64,000 bases of DNA from an uncultured Chloroflexia bacterium (GTDB lineage Bacteria > Chloroflexota > Dehalococcoidia > DSTF01 > JALHUB01): positions 1,504,001 through 1,568,000 of the forward strand of contig OY969814.1 in assembly GCA_963703345.1 (NCBI GenBank), read 5' to 3'. Each line of letters opens with the position of its first letter. The first letter of the stretch is position 1. A program made the translations under genes and the position numbers. Under the pieces are notes generated by a model, which was not told the DNA's origin, searched no databases, and saw only the letters and a program-made list of their open reading frames with translations. Below, one piece after another: positions 23,828-34,076 of this stretch.

Positions 23828-24694
23828 TCAACTCAGGTCAAGCGACCGGAGGTACTGGCGTAGCTGAGGCGCCAGGTCCGGACGTTGCAGCATCAGCTCC
23901 AGCGACGCCTGCAGCAGCCCGAGGGGGCGGCCCGTGTCGTAGCGCTTGCCCTGGAAGCGATAGGCGAAGATAGGATGCGTCTTCAGCAGCAGCGCCAGGC
24001 CGTCGGTGATCTGGATCTCGCCGCCGATGCCGGGCTTCGTCTCGTGGAGGGCGGCGAAGACGTCCGGCGTGAGCACGTAGCGCCCCACGACGCCCAGGTC
24101 CGACGGCGCCTCTTCCGGCCTCGGCTTCTCGACCAGCGCCTTGACGCGAAAGACGTCCTCCTCCAGCAGCTCCACGGCCATCGAGCCGTAGTGGCTTATC
24201 TCCTCGTGCGGCACCTGCTCGACGGCCAGCACGCAGCCGTCGTGCCGATCGTAGACGTCGATGAGCTGGCGCGTGACCGGTGGGTCCGCGACGATGATGT
24301 CGTCGGGAAAGTACAGCACGAACGGCTCGCCGCAGATGATCGTCTCGGCGGCCAGCACGGCGTGCCCGATGCCCTTCTGCTCCTTCTGGCGCACGAAGAC
24401 CATCTCCGCCATGTCCGCGATGCCGCGGATCTCGTCCCGTCGCGCCAGGTCGCCCTTCTCTTCCAGCGCGCGCTCCAACGCCGGCGCGTAGTCGAAGTAG
24501 TTCTCGACGGCGCGTTTTCCGGCGGAAGTTACGATAATGATCTGCTCGATGCCCGAAGCTACCGCCTCCTCAACGACGTAATGGATGACCGGCTTATCGA
24601 CGAGCGGCAGCATCTCTTTCGGGCTTGCCTTGGTGACGGGGAGCATGCGGGTGCCGTAGCCGGCGGCGAGGATGAGACCTTTGCGAACGCGCAT
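23828..24694 (-). CDS. galU: UTP-glucose-1-phosphate uridylyltransferase
   Basis: AAGYGTRMLPVTKASPKEMLPLVDKP, LVEKP, GEIQITD. Confidence 0.93.
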   Translation of the reverse strand: MRVRKGLILAAGYGTRMLPVTKASPKEMLPLVDKPVIHYVVEEAVASGIEQIIIVTSAGKRAVENYFDYAPALERALEEKGDLARRDEIRGIADMAEMVFVRQKEQKGIGHAVLAAETIICGEPFVLYFPDDIIVADPPVTRQLIDVYDRHDGCVLAVEQVPHEEISHYGSMAVELLEEDVFRVKALVEKPRPEEAPSDLGVVGRYVLTPDVFAALHETKPGIGGEIQITDGLALLLKTHPIFAYRFQGKRYDTGRPLGLLQASLELMLQRPDLAPQLRQYLRSLDLS

Positions 24695-25010
24695 CCTTGT
24701 CTCCGTTCGTTCGTGGGGCAACGAAAGGCTTCTGCAAGCGATTCTACGACGGGCGTGCTGCGCGGGCAAGGCGATATTCGACTGCCGCGTCGAGGCGGAA
24801 GGGGCGTGCCTACCCTAAGCGGCAAGGAGGGGCATTCCAGCTTCGGTGACGCGTCGGTTTGCCAGGGGTTGCCGGCCTCTGGTATAGTACTTACTTGGTC
24901 TGGCTTTCCCAGCCAGGGAAATGCTTCAGGCTTTGGAAAGCCTTGGAACGGTGGGCACCTTTACGTCCTCAGGGGTTGACTTTAGACAATAACCCCATGG
25001 TAGGATGTCG

Positions 25011-25280
25011 CGGTCGTGCTAGACGGGGAGCTAGCGGTGCCCTGAACCCGCAATCCGCTATAGCGGGGTTGAATTCCCGTTCGAGGCCTCAGGCACCGGG
25101 GGACTGGTGCCGCTGCGCGGCGTAGAAGGCCTGGTCCTACGCGGCGAAACCCTATGAACCCCGTCAGGTCCGGAAGGAAGCAGCGGTAAGTAGTGGTCTT
25201 CGGGTGCCGTAGGGCAACCGGGCCAGAGCAAGCGGACGGCGCTAAGCCCGCGGGCCGGGTCGACAACGGGTGCACGACCG
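25011..25280 (+). ncRNA. ffs: large (Alu-containing) SRP RNA
   Basis: helix-8 motif tcaggtccggaaggaagcagc; 5' Alu segment gtgctagacggggagctagcggtgccctg..gcaatccgctatagc; ends pair cggtcgtgc/gcacgaccg. Confidence 0.92.
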
Positions 25281-25322
25281 TCATTTTCCTTGGCCGCTCC
25301 GCGGTAGTTAAAGAGAGAGCTT

Positions 25323-26813
25323 TTGCCCGCTCGACAAAACGGAGCACGAATCCTCAGGGCGCTGAGGGGCCGGCTGTTCAAGGCCAATTCGGGCCCGCCG
25401 GCCGGCTTTCCCATCAGCCGCTCTGGCCTCGCCTTCCTCGTCGCCCTCGCTTTCATCGCCCTCCTCACGTTCGTCGTCTTTCCCGCGCGCCGCATGACCG
25501 TCGTCGCCGATGGTGTCAGCCACTTCGTCCAGAGCCGCGAGAAGTCCGACGCGGCGATACTCCATCGCGCCAACGTTACCCTGGAAGTTGGCGACCGGGT
25601 CCTGCACCAGGCGGACCCCCGCGGCGAGCCGCAGCTTTCCGTGTCGCGGGCGACGCCGGTAGTGGCCGAAGTATCCGGTCATCTCGTCTACTGGCGCACG
25701 CAGGCGAAGACGCTCGGCGGCGCCCTGTCCGAGATCGGCGTGACCCTCGATGACGGCGACAGGGTTCTGGTCAACGGCGTCGTCACCTCGCCGCGCGACC
25801 CACTTGTGCCGCTGGCGCCGCGCATGGTCGCCAGCGCCCTCAGCCTGGCGCGACTGCCCTCGCTGACGCTTTCCGACGACCATCCGCTGTCGATCACCGT
25901 GAGGCGCGCCGTGCCGCTCACGGTTCTTGAGGACGGCCACAGCCTCAGTCTGCGCTCCACCGAGCCGACGCTGGCGCTGGCCCTTAAGGAAAACGCGATC
26001 CTTCTCGGCCCCGGCGACCTCGTTCGGCCCGATCCCGAGACGCCGCTCACCGCCGGCCTCAGCGCCGAGGTAGACCACGCGGCGAAGGTCACGATATCCC
26101 TGCCGGAGGGTGCGACCGTCGTTTACAGCCGCGCTAAGACCGTAGGCGATGCGCTGGATGAGGCAGGCATCGGCCTGACGCCGCTCGACGAAGTGTGGCC
26201 GGCCCGCGATGAGCCCTTATCGCCCGACATGCAGGTGGAGGTAATCCGCGTAACGGTCGGGTCCGTCGTCGACCGCGAGGACATCCCCTACCGAACGGTC
26301 TTCCGCGGCGATCCCGCGCTCGCCTGGGGAGACTCGCGCCGCGTCGAGGGGCAGCCGGGCGTTCACGCGTCGGAGTACCAGGTAACCTACGAGAACGGTC
26401 AGGAGACCGGTCGCGTCCTCGTCCGGGACTGGGTGGAGCAGGAGCCGCAAGACGCCGCAGTCTACTACTCCGCCGCCTCCAACTCCAGCGCCGCCGGCAT
26501 CCCAGACGGCATGCAGGTCGTCGAAGTCAAGCACGTCTACGCCACCTGGTATGATCCCGCCTCCGCCGGCAAGCCCCGCTCTTCTCCCGGCTACGGCTAC
26601 ACCAGCACCGGCGTCCAGGTCACGCGGGGCATTGTCGCCGTCGATCCGTCGGTGATACCATACGGAACGAAGATGTTCATTCCCGGGTACGGCTTCGCCG
26701 TTGCGGCCGACTGCGGCGGCGGCGTCAAGGGGAACATGATCGACCTCGGCTATCCCGACGACTACCCCGTCGATTGGTCTCCCCACTCGGTCGACATCTA
26801 CATTCTTGGTTGA
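25323..26813 (+). CDS. RpfB/YabE-like protein (DUF348 repeats, G5, 3D domain)
   Basis: TM helix, repeated TL..AL...G..L..D.V units, G5 (GQPG..YENGQE), AVDPSVIPYGT..ADCGGGVKGNMIDL; upstream of rsmA. Confidence 0.85.
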   Translation: MPARQNGARILRALRGRLFKANSGPPAGFPISRSGLAFLVALAFIALLTFVVFPARRMTVVADGVSHFVQSREKSDAAILHRANVTLEVGDRVLHQADPRGEPQLSVSRATPVVAEVSGHLVYWRTQAKTLGGALSEIGVTLDDGDRVLVNGVVTSPRDPLVPLAPRMVASALSLARLPSLTLSDDHPLSITVRRAVPLTVLEDGHSLSLRSTEPTLALALKENAILLGPGDLVRPDPETPLTAGLSAEVDHAAKVTISLPEGATVVYSRAKTVGDALDEAGIGLTPLDEVWPARDEPLSPDMQVEVIRVTVGSVVDREDIPYRTVFRGDPALAWGDSRRVEGQPGVHASEYQVTYENGQETGRVLVRDWVEQEPQDAAVYYSAASNSSAAGIPDGMQVVEVKHVYATWYDPASAGKPRSSPGYGYTSTGVQVTRGIVAVDPSVIPYGTKMFIPGYGFAVAADCGGGVKGNMIDLGYPDDYPVDWSPHSVDIYILG

Positions 26814-27706
26814 CGAGCCCGACAACGCCGCGACGCAATAGCAGCACTGCTCATCGCTTCCGACTGCGTAGCGCTCTCCCGCGCGACCTCGCGCTCGCCG
26901 GCCTCACCGCACGCAAGAGCCTCGGCCAGCACTTCCTGACCGATCGCCGCATCCTTCGACGCATCGTCAACGCCGCCAGACTCACTCCCGAAGACACCGT
27001 CGTCGAGGTCGGCGCCGGCCTGGGCGTGCTGACGGCGCAACTCGCGAAGCGGGCCGGCAAGGTGATCGCCGTGGAGGTCGACGAGGCTCTCTGCGAGCAC
27101 TTGCGCCGTCGCTTCGAGGGTACCCCGAACCTTTCCCTCGTCTGCGCCGACGTCATGGCCGTCTCGCCGGAAGAGTTGCTGCGTGCACAAGGCGCCCGGC
27201 CGCCGTACGTTGTCGCTGGCAACCTGCCCTACAACATCGCGGCCGCCGTGCTGCGCCACTTCCTCGAGGCGTCGCAGCCGCCGCAGAGGATGGTTGTCAT
27301 GGTGCAGAAGGAGGTAGCGGAGAGGATCGTCGCTGGCCCCGGACGAATGAGCTTGCTGGCGCTCAGCATTCAGCTCTATGCCGTCCCGCGACTCCTCTTC
27401 ACCGTGCCGCCGTCCGCCTTCCGTCCGCCGCCGAGAGTGGAGTCGGCGGTGCTGAGACTGGACGTGCGCGAGGAGCCCGCCGTGCCCGTCGACGACGTTG
27501 ACGCCTTCTTTCGCATCCTGAGGGCCGGCTTCAGCGCGCCGCGCAAACAGTTGCGGAACGCCCTCAGCCACGCCCTCGGCCGCGACGCCGTCGAAATCGA
27601 AGGAGCGGTGCGCCGCGCGGGCGTCGATCCAACGTTGCGTGCGCAGGCGCTGAGTCTGGAGCAATGGTCCGCGCTGTTCCGCGCTCTCCGGGAGGAACCC
27701 GCATGA
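26810..27706 (+). CDS. rsmA: 16S rRNA dimethyltransferase RsmA/KsgA
   Basis: KSLGQHFL, EVGAGLG, GNLPYNI, MVQKEVAERI; probable TTG start overlapping the previous stop. Confidence 0.94.
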   Translation: MTSPTTPRRNSSTAHRFRLRSALPRDLALAGLTARKSLGQHFLTDRRILRRIVNAARLTPEDTVVEVGAGLGVLTAQLAKRAGKVIAVEVDEALCEHLRRRFEGTPNLSLVCADVMAVSPEELLRAQGARPPYVVAGNLPYNIAAAVLRHFLEASQPPQRMVVMVQKEVAERIVAGPGRMSLLALSIQLYAVPRLLFTVPPSAFRPPPRVESAVLRLDVREEPAVPVDDVDAFFRILRAGFSAPRKQLRNALSHALGRDAVEIEGAVRRAGVDPTLRAQALSLEQWSALFRALREEPA

Positions 27707-28584
27707 AGCTGCGCCTCATCGCCGCCGCGAAGATCAACTGGACGCTGGAGGCGCTTCGCCGCCGCGACGACGGCTACCACGAGATACGGACGGTCTTCCA
27801 GACCATCGCCTTGCACGACAGCGTCGTTCTCTCTTCCGCCGACGCTCTGGAGTTGCGACTTGTCGGGCCGTCGCCGTCGCAGGCCTGGTCGCCCGAAGAC
27901 GATCTCGCGTATCGAGCGGCGAACGCCCTGCGCGAGGAGGTTGGCGATCCATCTTTCGGCGCGCTCATCGAGCTTGAGAAGATCGTGCCCGCCTCGGCGG
28001 GCCTCGGCGGAGGTAGCAGCGACGCCGCCGCGGTGCTGCGGGGCCTGAATCGTCTCTGGCGACTGGACTTCGACCTGGCGCGCCTCGCCCGCATCGCCGC
28101 CTCGCTCGGCAGCGACGTTCCATTCTTCTTGACGGGCGGCACCGCCATGGCCGGCGGCCGCGGCGACGAAGTCGCCCCCCTGGCGGACGTTCCGCTTGAG
28201 GAAGTGGTCATCGCCGTCCCGCGCGACCGCCTGCCGCAGAAGACCGCTCTCATGTACGGTCAATTGCGACCCGAGAACTGCACGTCCGGTGAGCACACCA
28301 ATCGCCTCGTCGAGAAGCTGACGCACGGGGCCGCCGTCTCCGACGACGACGTCTTCAACGTCTTCGAGGCCGTTCTCTCCGATTCCATGCCGCTCGTCGC
28401 AGCCCTGGCGGAAGAGTGCGTGGAGGTCGGCGCCTGTCCGCATCTCGCCGGCAGCGGGCCCGCCTTCTTCTTCCTCTCGCCGCCTGCAGAGGGTGTGAAG
28501 GAGCGCCTCCTGCGCGCCGGCGTCGAGCTCTTTGAGACGACGACGCTGACGGCAGCCGAATCGACCGCGTGGGAGGAGCTCTAG
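27703..28584 (+). CDS. ispE: 4-diphosphocytidyl-2-C-methyl-D-erythritol kinase
   Basis: AKINWTL, DGYHEI, AGLGGGSSDAA, GSDVPFF. Confidence 0.93.
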   Translation: MKLRLIAAAKINWTLEALRRRDDGYHEIRTVFQTIALHDSVVLSSADALELRLVGPSPSQAWSPEDDLAYRAANALREEVGDPSFGALIELEKIVPASAGLGGGSSDAAAVLRGLNRLWRLDFDLARLARIAASLGSDVPFFLTGGTAMAGGRGDEVAPLADVPLEEVVIAVPRDRLPQKTALMYGQLRPENCTSGEHTNRLVEKLTHGAAVSDDDVFNVFEAVLSDSMPLVAALAEECVEVGACPHLAGSGPAFFFLSPPAEGVKERLLRAGVELFETTTLTAAESTAWEEL

Positions 28585-28590
28585 CGACCC

Positions 28591-29022
28591 ATGCCCGAAA
28601 TTTTCGCTGCCTTCGTCTGCGGCTTCGCGCTTTCCATTATCGCGACGCCGCCTTTCGCCCTCTGGGTGCTGAACGCCCGCGACGACATACCATTCATCCG
28701 CAACGCCGTCCCGCAGGGCATGCCGCTCACGCTTCTCTCCGTCCCGATATCGTCCTTCTTCTTCCTCCTCTGGACCGGCCTGGGCCTCATATACGGCATG
28801 GTGCTCATCGCCGCCAACAACTCGCATCCCAATCACGGTCTGGCCAGCCCCAACCTGCTCTATACGCTGTTCATCCTGCTCACCGCCGTCATCTTCCTGC
28901 CGTTCTACGTCCTGATCCCTTCGGCGCGACGCCTGGCCCTCTTCCTAGTCCTTACTTACGTCGCCCTCTTCGGCTGGGCCACGCCCTGGCTCGCTCACTA
29001 CGCCGCAACTCGCGTAAGCTGA
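28591..29022 (+). CDS. hypothetical 4-TM membrane protein
   Basis: four hydrophobic segments, genome-typical codon usage, in operon. Confidence 0.7.
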   Translation: MPEIFAAFVCGFALSIIATPPFALWVLNARDDIPFIRNAVPQGMPLTLLSVPISSFFFLLWTGLGLIYGMVLIAANNSHPNHGLASPNLLYTLFILLTAVIFLPFYVLIPSARRLALFLVLTYVALFGWATPWLAHYAATRVS

Positions 29023-29058
29023 GGGTGCAATTTTGGCGGCAGGCCGGAGGCGAGACGC

Positions 29059-29751
29059 GTGACAAGCGTTATCGATATGCATATCCACACCACGCGCGGC
29101 GCGAGCGACAGCAGCCTGCGCCCCGTGGAGCTTGCCCGCATCGCCCGACGCCTCGGCCTCTCCGCCGTCGTTGTCACCGAGCACGACCGGCTGTGGGACC
29201 CGCTGGAGGTCGCGCGTTTCCGCGAGGAGCGCTCTCTACTGCTGATCAACGGCATGGAGGTCTCGACTAATCTCGGCCACGTGCTTGTGCTCGGGCTGCA
29301 CGCCTATCTGCCGGCGATGCGTTACGCGGAGGAGCTGCGACGCATCGTCAGCGACGCCGGCGGCTACATGATCGCGGCGCATCCCTTCCGGCACGAGTTC
29401 AGCCGCGTCGAGTGGGAGCGGCAGGGGCTGAAGCCGCGCCAGCTTTCGCCGGCTGAGGCGGCGCGCCTGCCTTTGCTCTGCCTCGTCGACGCCATCGAAG
29501 TGCTGAACGGCGGCAACAGCCCGGAGGAGAACGTCTTCGCCCTCGAAGTCGCGCAGGTGCTGGGGAAGCCCGGTGTCGGCGGCAGCGACGCGCACTCGCA
29601 CCAGGGCATCGGCATCCATACGACGGTCTTCGAGCGAACCCTGGAATCGGAAGCAGACCTCCTGCGCGAGCTGCATGCGGGGCGCTTCTACCCGGCAAGC
29701 GGCCTGCTGCAGGGCGACATGCAGCCCTTCACTTTGCCTGCGGACTTCTAG
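29059..29751 (+). CDS. PHP-domain metallohydrolase
   Basis: DMHIHT, TEHD, AHPFR, GGSDAH. Confidence 0.9.
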   Translation: MTSVIDMHIHTTRGASDSSLRPVELARIARRLGLSAVVVTEHDRLWDPLEVARFREERSLLLINGMEVSTNLGHVLVLGLHAYLPAMRYAEELRRIVSDAGGYMIAAHPFRHEFSRVEWERQGLKPRQLSPAEAARLPLLCLVDAIEVLNGGNSPEENVFALEVAQVLGKPGVGGSDAHSHQGIGIHTTVFERTLESEADLLRELHAGRFYPASGLLQGDMQPFTLPADF

Positions 29752-29812
29752 CCCCTACCGCTTCGGCCGTTCCGACCGCTAGAATGAGATGGGTTTTCCC
29801 CCAAGGACAAGC

Positions 29813-32617
29813 ATGCCCACCTACGTCGCCCTCGACCTGGAGACCACCGGCCTCAGCGCCGACACCTGCGAGATCATCGAAATCGGCGCGGTCAAGTTCA
29901 CGCCTGAGCGCGAGATCGCCACCTTCCACACGTCGGTCAAGCCGGTCAGCGCCTTGCCCTATTTCATCCAGCGTCTCACCGGCATCCGGCCCGAAGACCT
30001 CAAAGACGCACCGCTCTTCGCCGAGGTCGCCTCCGACCTGGAGGACTTCCTCGCCGACCATCCCGTAGTCGGCCAGAACGTTTCCTTCGACCTGGGCTTT
30101 CTCGCGGCGCAGGGCATCGAGCGCGGGCTGTCGTTCGACACGCACGAGCTGGCCACGCTTCTCCTGCCGGGTCTCCCCGAGTACAACCTCCGCTCCCTGG
30201 CGCGTCACTTCGGCGTCGACTTCAACGTCCGCCATCGCGCTCTCGCCGACGCCCAGGCCGCGCGTGAGGTGTTCCTGCGCCTGCGCGAGCACCTGTCGGA
30301 GCTGCCCGTGGGCACTCTCGCCGAGCTGCACAACATCGCCGCCGGCGTCGACTGGCCCGTGCGGCACCTCTTCGCCGAGCTGCTGGAAGAGGCGCCGCTG
30401 CTCTCCGAGCCGTCCGCGCCGGCGGAAGCCCTGCCCCTGCCGGTCGAGGTCGGGGCGCCGCTCGTCGCCCGCTCGCCGCTCCAGCCGATAGCCGCCGACG
30501 AGGTGGAGGCGATTCTCCGCGCGCCGGAGGCAACTCCGAAGCTCTTCCCCGAGTTCGAGCTGCGGGCCGAGCAGCTTGCCATGGGGCGCGAGGTAACGGA
30601 GGCGCTGAACTCCGGCCAACCGCTGATAGTCGAAGCGGGCACCGGCACCGGCAAATCGCTCGCCTATCTGGCGCCGGCGGCCCGCTACGCGCTGGAGAAC
30701 GACGCCCGCGTCATCGTCTCCACGGACACCATCAACCTTCAAGAGCAGCTCATGGGAAAGGACATCCCGCTGCTGCGCCAACTCCTCCAGGCATCGCCGA
30801 ATGCGAAGGCTGCTGCTGCCAGGTTACGATTCGCGCAGCTCAAAGGCCGTCGCAACTACCTCTGCATGCTGCGCTTCGCCGCTCTCCGACGCTCCTCCTC
30901 GCTCAGTCAGCCGGAAGCGCGACTGCTCGCCCGCATCCTCGTCTGGCTGCGACGCACCGAGACCGGCGACCGCGCGGAGCTGAGCCTTTCGCCGCAGGAG
31001 GAGACCGTCTGGCAAGGCCTCAGCGCCGACAGCGAGTCCTGCGTCTCATTCGCCTGCCATTACGCCCGCCACGGCGCCTGCTTCCTCCAGCGGGCGAGGC
31101 GTCGCGCCGAAGGCTCCCATATCGTCGTGGTGAATCACGCTCTGCTTCTGTCCGACATCGCGACCGGTGGCCACGTGCTGCCCGAGTACCGTCACCTCAT
31201 CATCGACGAGGCGCATAACCTGGAGGGCGAGGCGACGCAGCAGTTCGGCTTTCAGGGCAGTGACGGCGACGTCCGTGCCCTCCTAGACCGCGTTCACCAT
31301 CGCTTGCCTCGTGGTCGCGCCGGCGGCCTCGTCGAGAGCCTGCGGGCGCAGCAACGCGCCGGCCGGCCCGACACTGCAACTGACCTGGAGGCCTTCGCTG
31401 GCGAGCTCGCCTCAGCCGCGGAAGGCGCTCGCCGCGCCCTGCCGGTCCTCTTCGACCTGCTGTCGTCGTTCCTCTTCGACCACGCCGCCGAGCAGGGAGA
31501 CTTCGACCCGCGTCTCCTCCTCAGCCGCGCCATGCGGGTTCAGCCCGACTGGTCGAACGTCGAAGTGGGGTGGGAGAACCTGGACGTATCTCTGGGCGGG
31601 CTCACCGGCCTCCTGGCGCGCCTGAACGAGAGCGTCGCCGCGGACGGCTCCGGCGAGGCGGAGGAGCTGCTCACGGAGATCTCCGGTGTCGGTCAGGAAG
31701 CCCAGCGTCTGCGCTTCGGCATCGCCTCCGTGCTGACGCGTGACGACCCGGAGACGATCGCCTGGTTGGCCTACGCGCGCCAGAGCGGCAGCGTCACGCT
31801 CTGCGCCGCGCCGTTGCAGGTCGCCGAGGCCTTGCGCGCGCGCCTCTTCGCCGATAGGGAGTCGGCGGTGCTCACCGGGGCCACGCTCAGCGTCGCCGGC
31901 CGCTTCGATTACATCTGCGATGCGCTGGGACTGGAAGAGCCGCGCCAGCTCCTCCTCGGCTCGCCCTTCGACTACGCTCGCTCGACGCTCATGCTCATCC
32001 CCAGCGACATGCCGGAGCCTAACCACAACGACTATCAGGAGGAGTTCGACCACGCCCTGGTCGACCTCTGCCGGGCCGCCGAAGGGCGGACGCTCGTCCT
32101 CTTTACGTCGTACGGCTCGCTCGGCGCCACCCACGGCGCCATCAAGCGACCGCTGGAGCGCGAAGGGATACTGGTGCTGGGCCAGGGGATGGACGGCCCA
32201 CCGAAGTCGCTGCTGAACGCCCTGCGCGAGAACCATCGCACCGTTATCCTGGGCACCAGCAGCTTCTGGGAAGGCGTCGACGTTGCCGGCGAGGCGCTAT
32301 CATTGCTCGTCATCGCCCGGCTGCCATTCGCCGTGCCGACGGATCCCGTCTTCATGGCCCGCTCTGAGCTCCACGAAGACCCCTTCAACGAGTACGCTCT
32401 GCCGCAGGCGGTCATTCGCTTCAAGCAGGGTTTCGGACGTCTGATCCGTCGCAAGACCGACAGGGGCGTGGTCGTCGTGATGGACCGACGCCTTCGGAGC
32501 AAGACCTACGGGTCGTCCTTCCTGCGTTCAGTCCCGCCTTGCACCGTCGAAGATCTGCCCCTGCGCGAGCTTGGCCCTGCGACCGCGGCCTGGCTGGCCG
32601 GCAAACGGCGGAGCTAG
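29813..32617 (+). CDS. dinG: DEDDh exonuclease-DinG helicase fusion
   Basis: DLETTG, HRALADA; EAGTGTGKS, KGRRNYLC, DEAH, FWEGVD, QGFGRLIR. Confidence 0.92.
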   Translation: MPTYVALDLETTGLSADTCEIIEIGAVKFTPEREIATFHTSVKPVSALPYFIQRLTGIRPEDLKDAPLFAEVASDLEDFLADHPVVGQNVSFDLGFLAAQGIERGLSFDTHELATLLLPGLPEYNLRSLARHFGVDFNVRHRALADAQAAREVFLRLREHLSELPVGTLAELHNIAAGVDWPVRHLFAELLEEAPLLSEPSAPAEALPLPVEVGAPLVARSPLQPIAADEVEAILRAPEATPKLFPEFELRAEQLAMGREVTEALNSGQPLIVEAGTGTGKSLAYLAPAARYALENDARVIVSTDTINLQEQLMGKDIPLLRQLLQASPNAKAAAARLRFAQLKGRRNYLCMLRFAALRRSSSLSQPEARLLARILVWLRRTETGDRAELSLSPQEETVWQGLSADSESCVSFACHYARHGACFLQRARRRAEGSHIVVVNHALLLSDIATGGHVLPEYRHLIIDEAHNLEGEATQQFGFQGSDGDVRALLDRVHHRLPRGRAGGLVESLRAQQRAGRPDTATDLEAFAGELASAAEGARRALPVLFDLLSSFLFDHAAEQGDFDPRLLLSRAMRVQPDWSNVEVGWENLDVSLGGLTGLLARLNESVAADGSGEAEELLTEISGVGQEAQRLRFGIASVLTRDDPETIAWLAYARQSGSVTLCAAPLQVAEALRARLFADRESAVLTGATLSVAGRFDYICDALGLEEPRQLLLGSPFDYARSTLMLIPSDMPEPNHNDYQEEFDHALVDLCRAAEGRTLVLFTSYGSLGATHGAIKRPLEREGILVLGQGMDGPPKSLLNALRENHRTVILGTSSFWEGVDVAGEALSLLVIARLPFAVPTDPVFMARSELHEDPFNEYALPQAVIRFKQGFGRLIRRKTDRGVVVVMDRRLRSKTYGSSFLRSVPPCTVEDLPLRELGPATAAWLAGKRRS

Positions 32618-32649
32618 TCGCATCCGCCGTCGAGGCACTTAAGAACAAC

Positions 32650-32674
32650 GTAGCCGAGACTTTCCAGTCTCGGC
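32650..32674 (+). repeat. GTAG-type REP-like palindrome
   Basis: gta-gccgagact-ttcc-agtctcggc between convergent genes. Confidence 0.55.
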
Positions 32675-32752
32675 GTGTCGACGCTTGGCAATTGGAACCC
32701 CGAGGAATCCACGACGCGGGCAAGATGCCCGCTCTACGCGTATCGAAGCGAA

Positions 32753-33991
32753 CTACTCGCGAATCCGGCCCAACAACTCGATCTCGTCCTCGCGACTGCT
32801 CGTCACCCCATCGAGGCGCGCCGCCCGCAGGCGTCGCAGCAGGGCGCCGAGCTCGCGACCCGCCGGGACGCCGAGTCTGCGCAGCGCGCTCGCGCCGAGG
32901 AGGGGCTTTACATAACGCCACTGACGTAGGAAGAGCAGCGCTCTCTCTGCGATGATCGGATTCTGGCTTCGGAGGGCCAGCGCCCACACGGACGCCACAC
33001 TGAACGGCTCCAACAGCTTGGTCAGGCGGCTCGGCGAAGCGTCGGGAGGCGTGAGCTCGTCCAAGACGCCGCGTAGCCGCGCGAGGTCGGTGATTGCGCG
33101 CTCGTGGCGACGCGGCAGCGCCAGCCGCCGCACCAGCGACTCGACATCCCGCTCCTCGCAGTGCCAGCAGACGAGACACAGGCACACCTCGTCCCAGGGC
33201 GCCGGCCGCTCCTCCACCGCCCGGGCGAACGCCGCCTCGCCGGCCTTGTCGAGTCGAAGGCAGGAGTGGATCGCCGCCAGGATCCCCATCTCTTGCGCGC
33301 GCGCCAGCGCCTGCTTGAGACAGTCTTCGTAGAAGATCGCTGTCAGCTCCGCCCACAGGCGCGCGCCGCTGACCGTGTCCAGATAGGCGAGGTCGCGACG
33401 GAGCAGTCGCTCTGTCTCTTCCTCCAGCCGGAACGCCAGCCGCGCCTCGTAACGGACGGCCCGCAGCATGCGTGTCGCGTCGTCGCGGAAGCTGCCCTCG
33501 TGCAGGACGCGGATCAGTCGCTGCTCCAGGTCGCGCCGCCCGCCAAAGAGGTCGAGCAGCTCGCCGGCCGCTGGCGGGGTCAGGCGGAGCGCCATCGCGT
33601 TCACGCTGAAGTCGCGACGCCGCAGGTCCTCGTCGATGCTCGCGGGCCGCACGGTGGGCAGCGCGCCGGGGCGCTCGTACTCCTCCGCCCGCGCGCACGC
33701 CAGGTCGACGCGCGAAGAGGCCAGATCCACGGACGCCGTGCCGAACTTCTCGTGCGTCGTGAGGCGACCCTGTCGCGACTTCGCCAGCTCGCGCCCCAAG
33801 GCGATGGCGTCGTCCTCAACCGCGATGTCGAGGTCAACGTGCGGCCGCACCAGCAGCAGGTCGCGCACGCTTCCGCCGACGAGGTAGAGCTGCTCAGCGC
33901 GGCGTTCGGCAAGCTCCAGCAGCGTCGCCATGGCGTCGCGGTCCGCCTCTGTCAGGCGCTCTTCGAGGGCGACGAGTGATTCCTCCGCCAC
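32753..33991 (-). CDS. tRNA nucleotidyltransferase (CCA/A-adding family)
   Basis: VGGSVRD, DLDI, DLRRRDFSVNAMA, SFRDDATRMLRAVRY; start approximate. Confidence 0.9.
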   Translation of the reverse strand: MAEESLVALEERLTEADRDAMATLLELAERRAEQLYLVGGSVRDLLLVRPHVDLDIAVEDDAIALGRELAKSRQGRLTTHEKFGTASVDLASSRVDLACARAEEYERPGALPTVRPASIDEDLRRRDFSVNAMALRLTPPAAGELLDLFGGRRDLEQRLIRVLHEGSFRDDATRMLRAVRYEARLAFRLEEETERLLRRDLAYLDTVSGARLWAELTAIFYEDCLKQALARAQEMGILAAIHSCLRLDKAGEAAFARAVEERPAPWDEVCLCLVCWHCEERDVESLVRRLALPRRHERAITDLARLRGVLDELTPPDASPSRLTKLLEPFSVASVWALALRSQNPIIAERALLFLRQWRYVKPLLGASALRRLGVPAGRELGALLRRLRAARLDGVTSSREDEIELLGRIRE

Positions 33992-34047
33992 GCTTCGCTG
34001 GCCTTTCGCTGCAAATCCCCAAGGACGCCCGATTATAGCACGCGAAC

Positions 34048-34076
34048 TTGACAACCTCCTCCGGGAATCCTATTAT
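34048..34076 (+). promoter_or_regulatory. sigma70 promoter of rnc-smc
   Basis: TTGACA-17nt-TATTAT; divergent TATAAT on the minus strand at 34032-34037. Confidence 0.75.
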
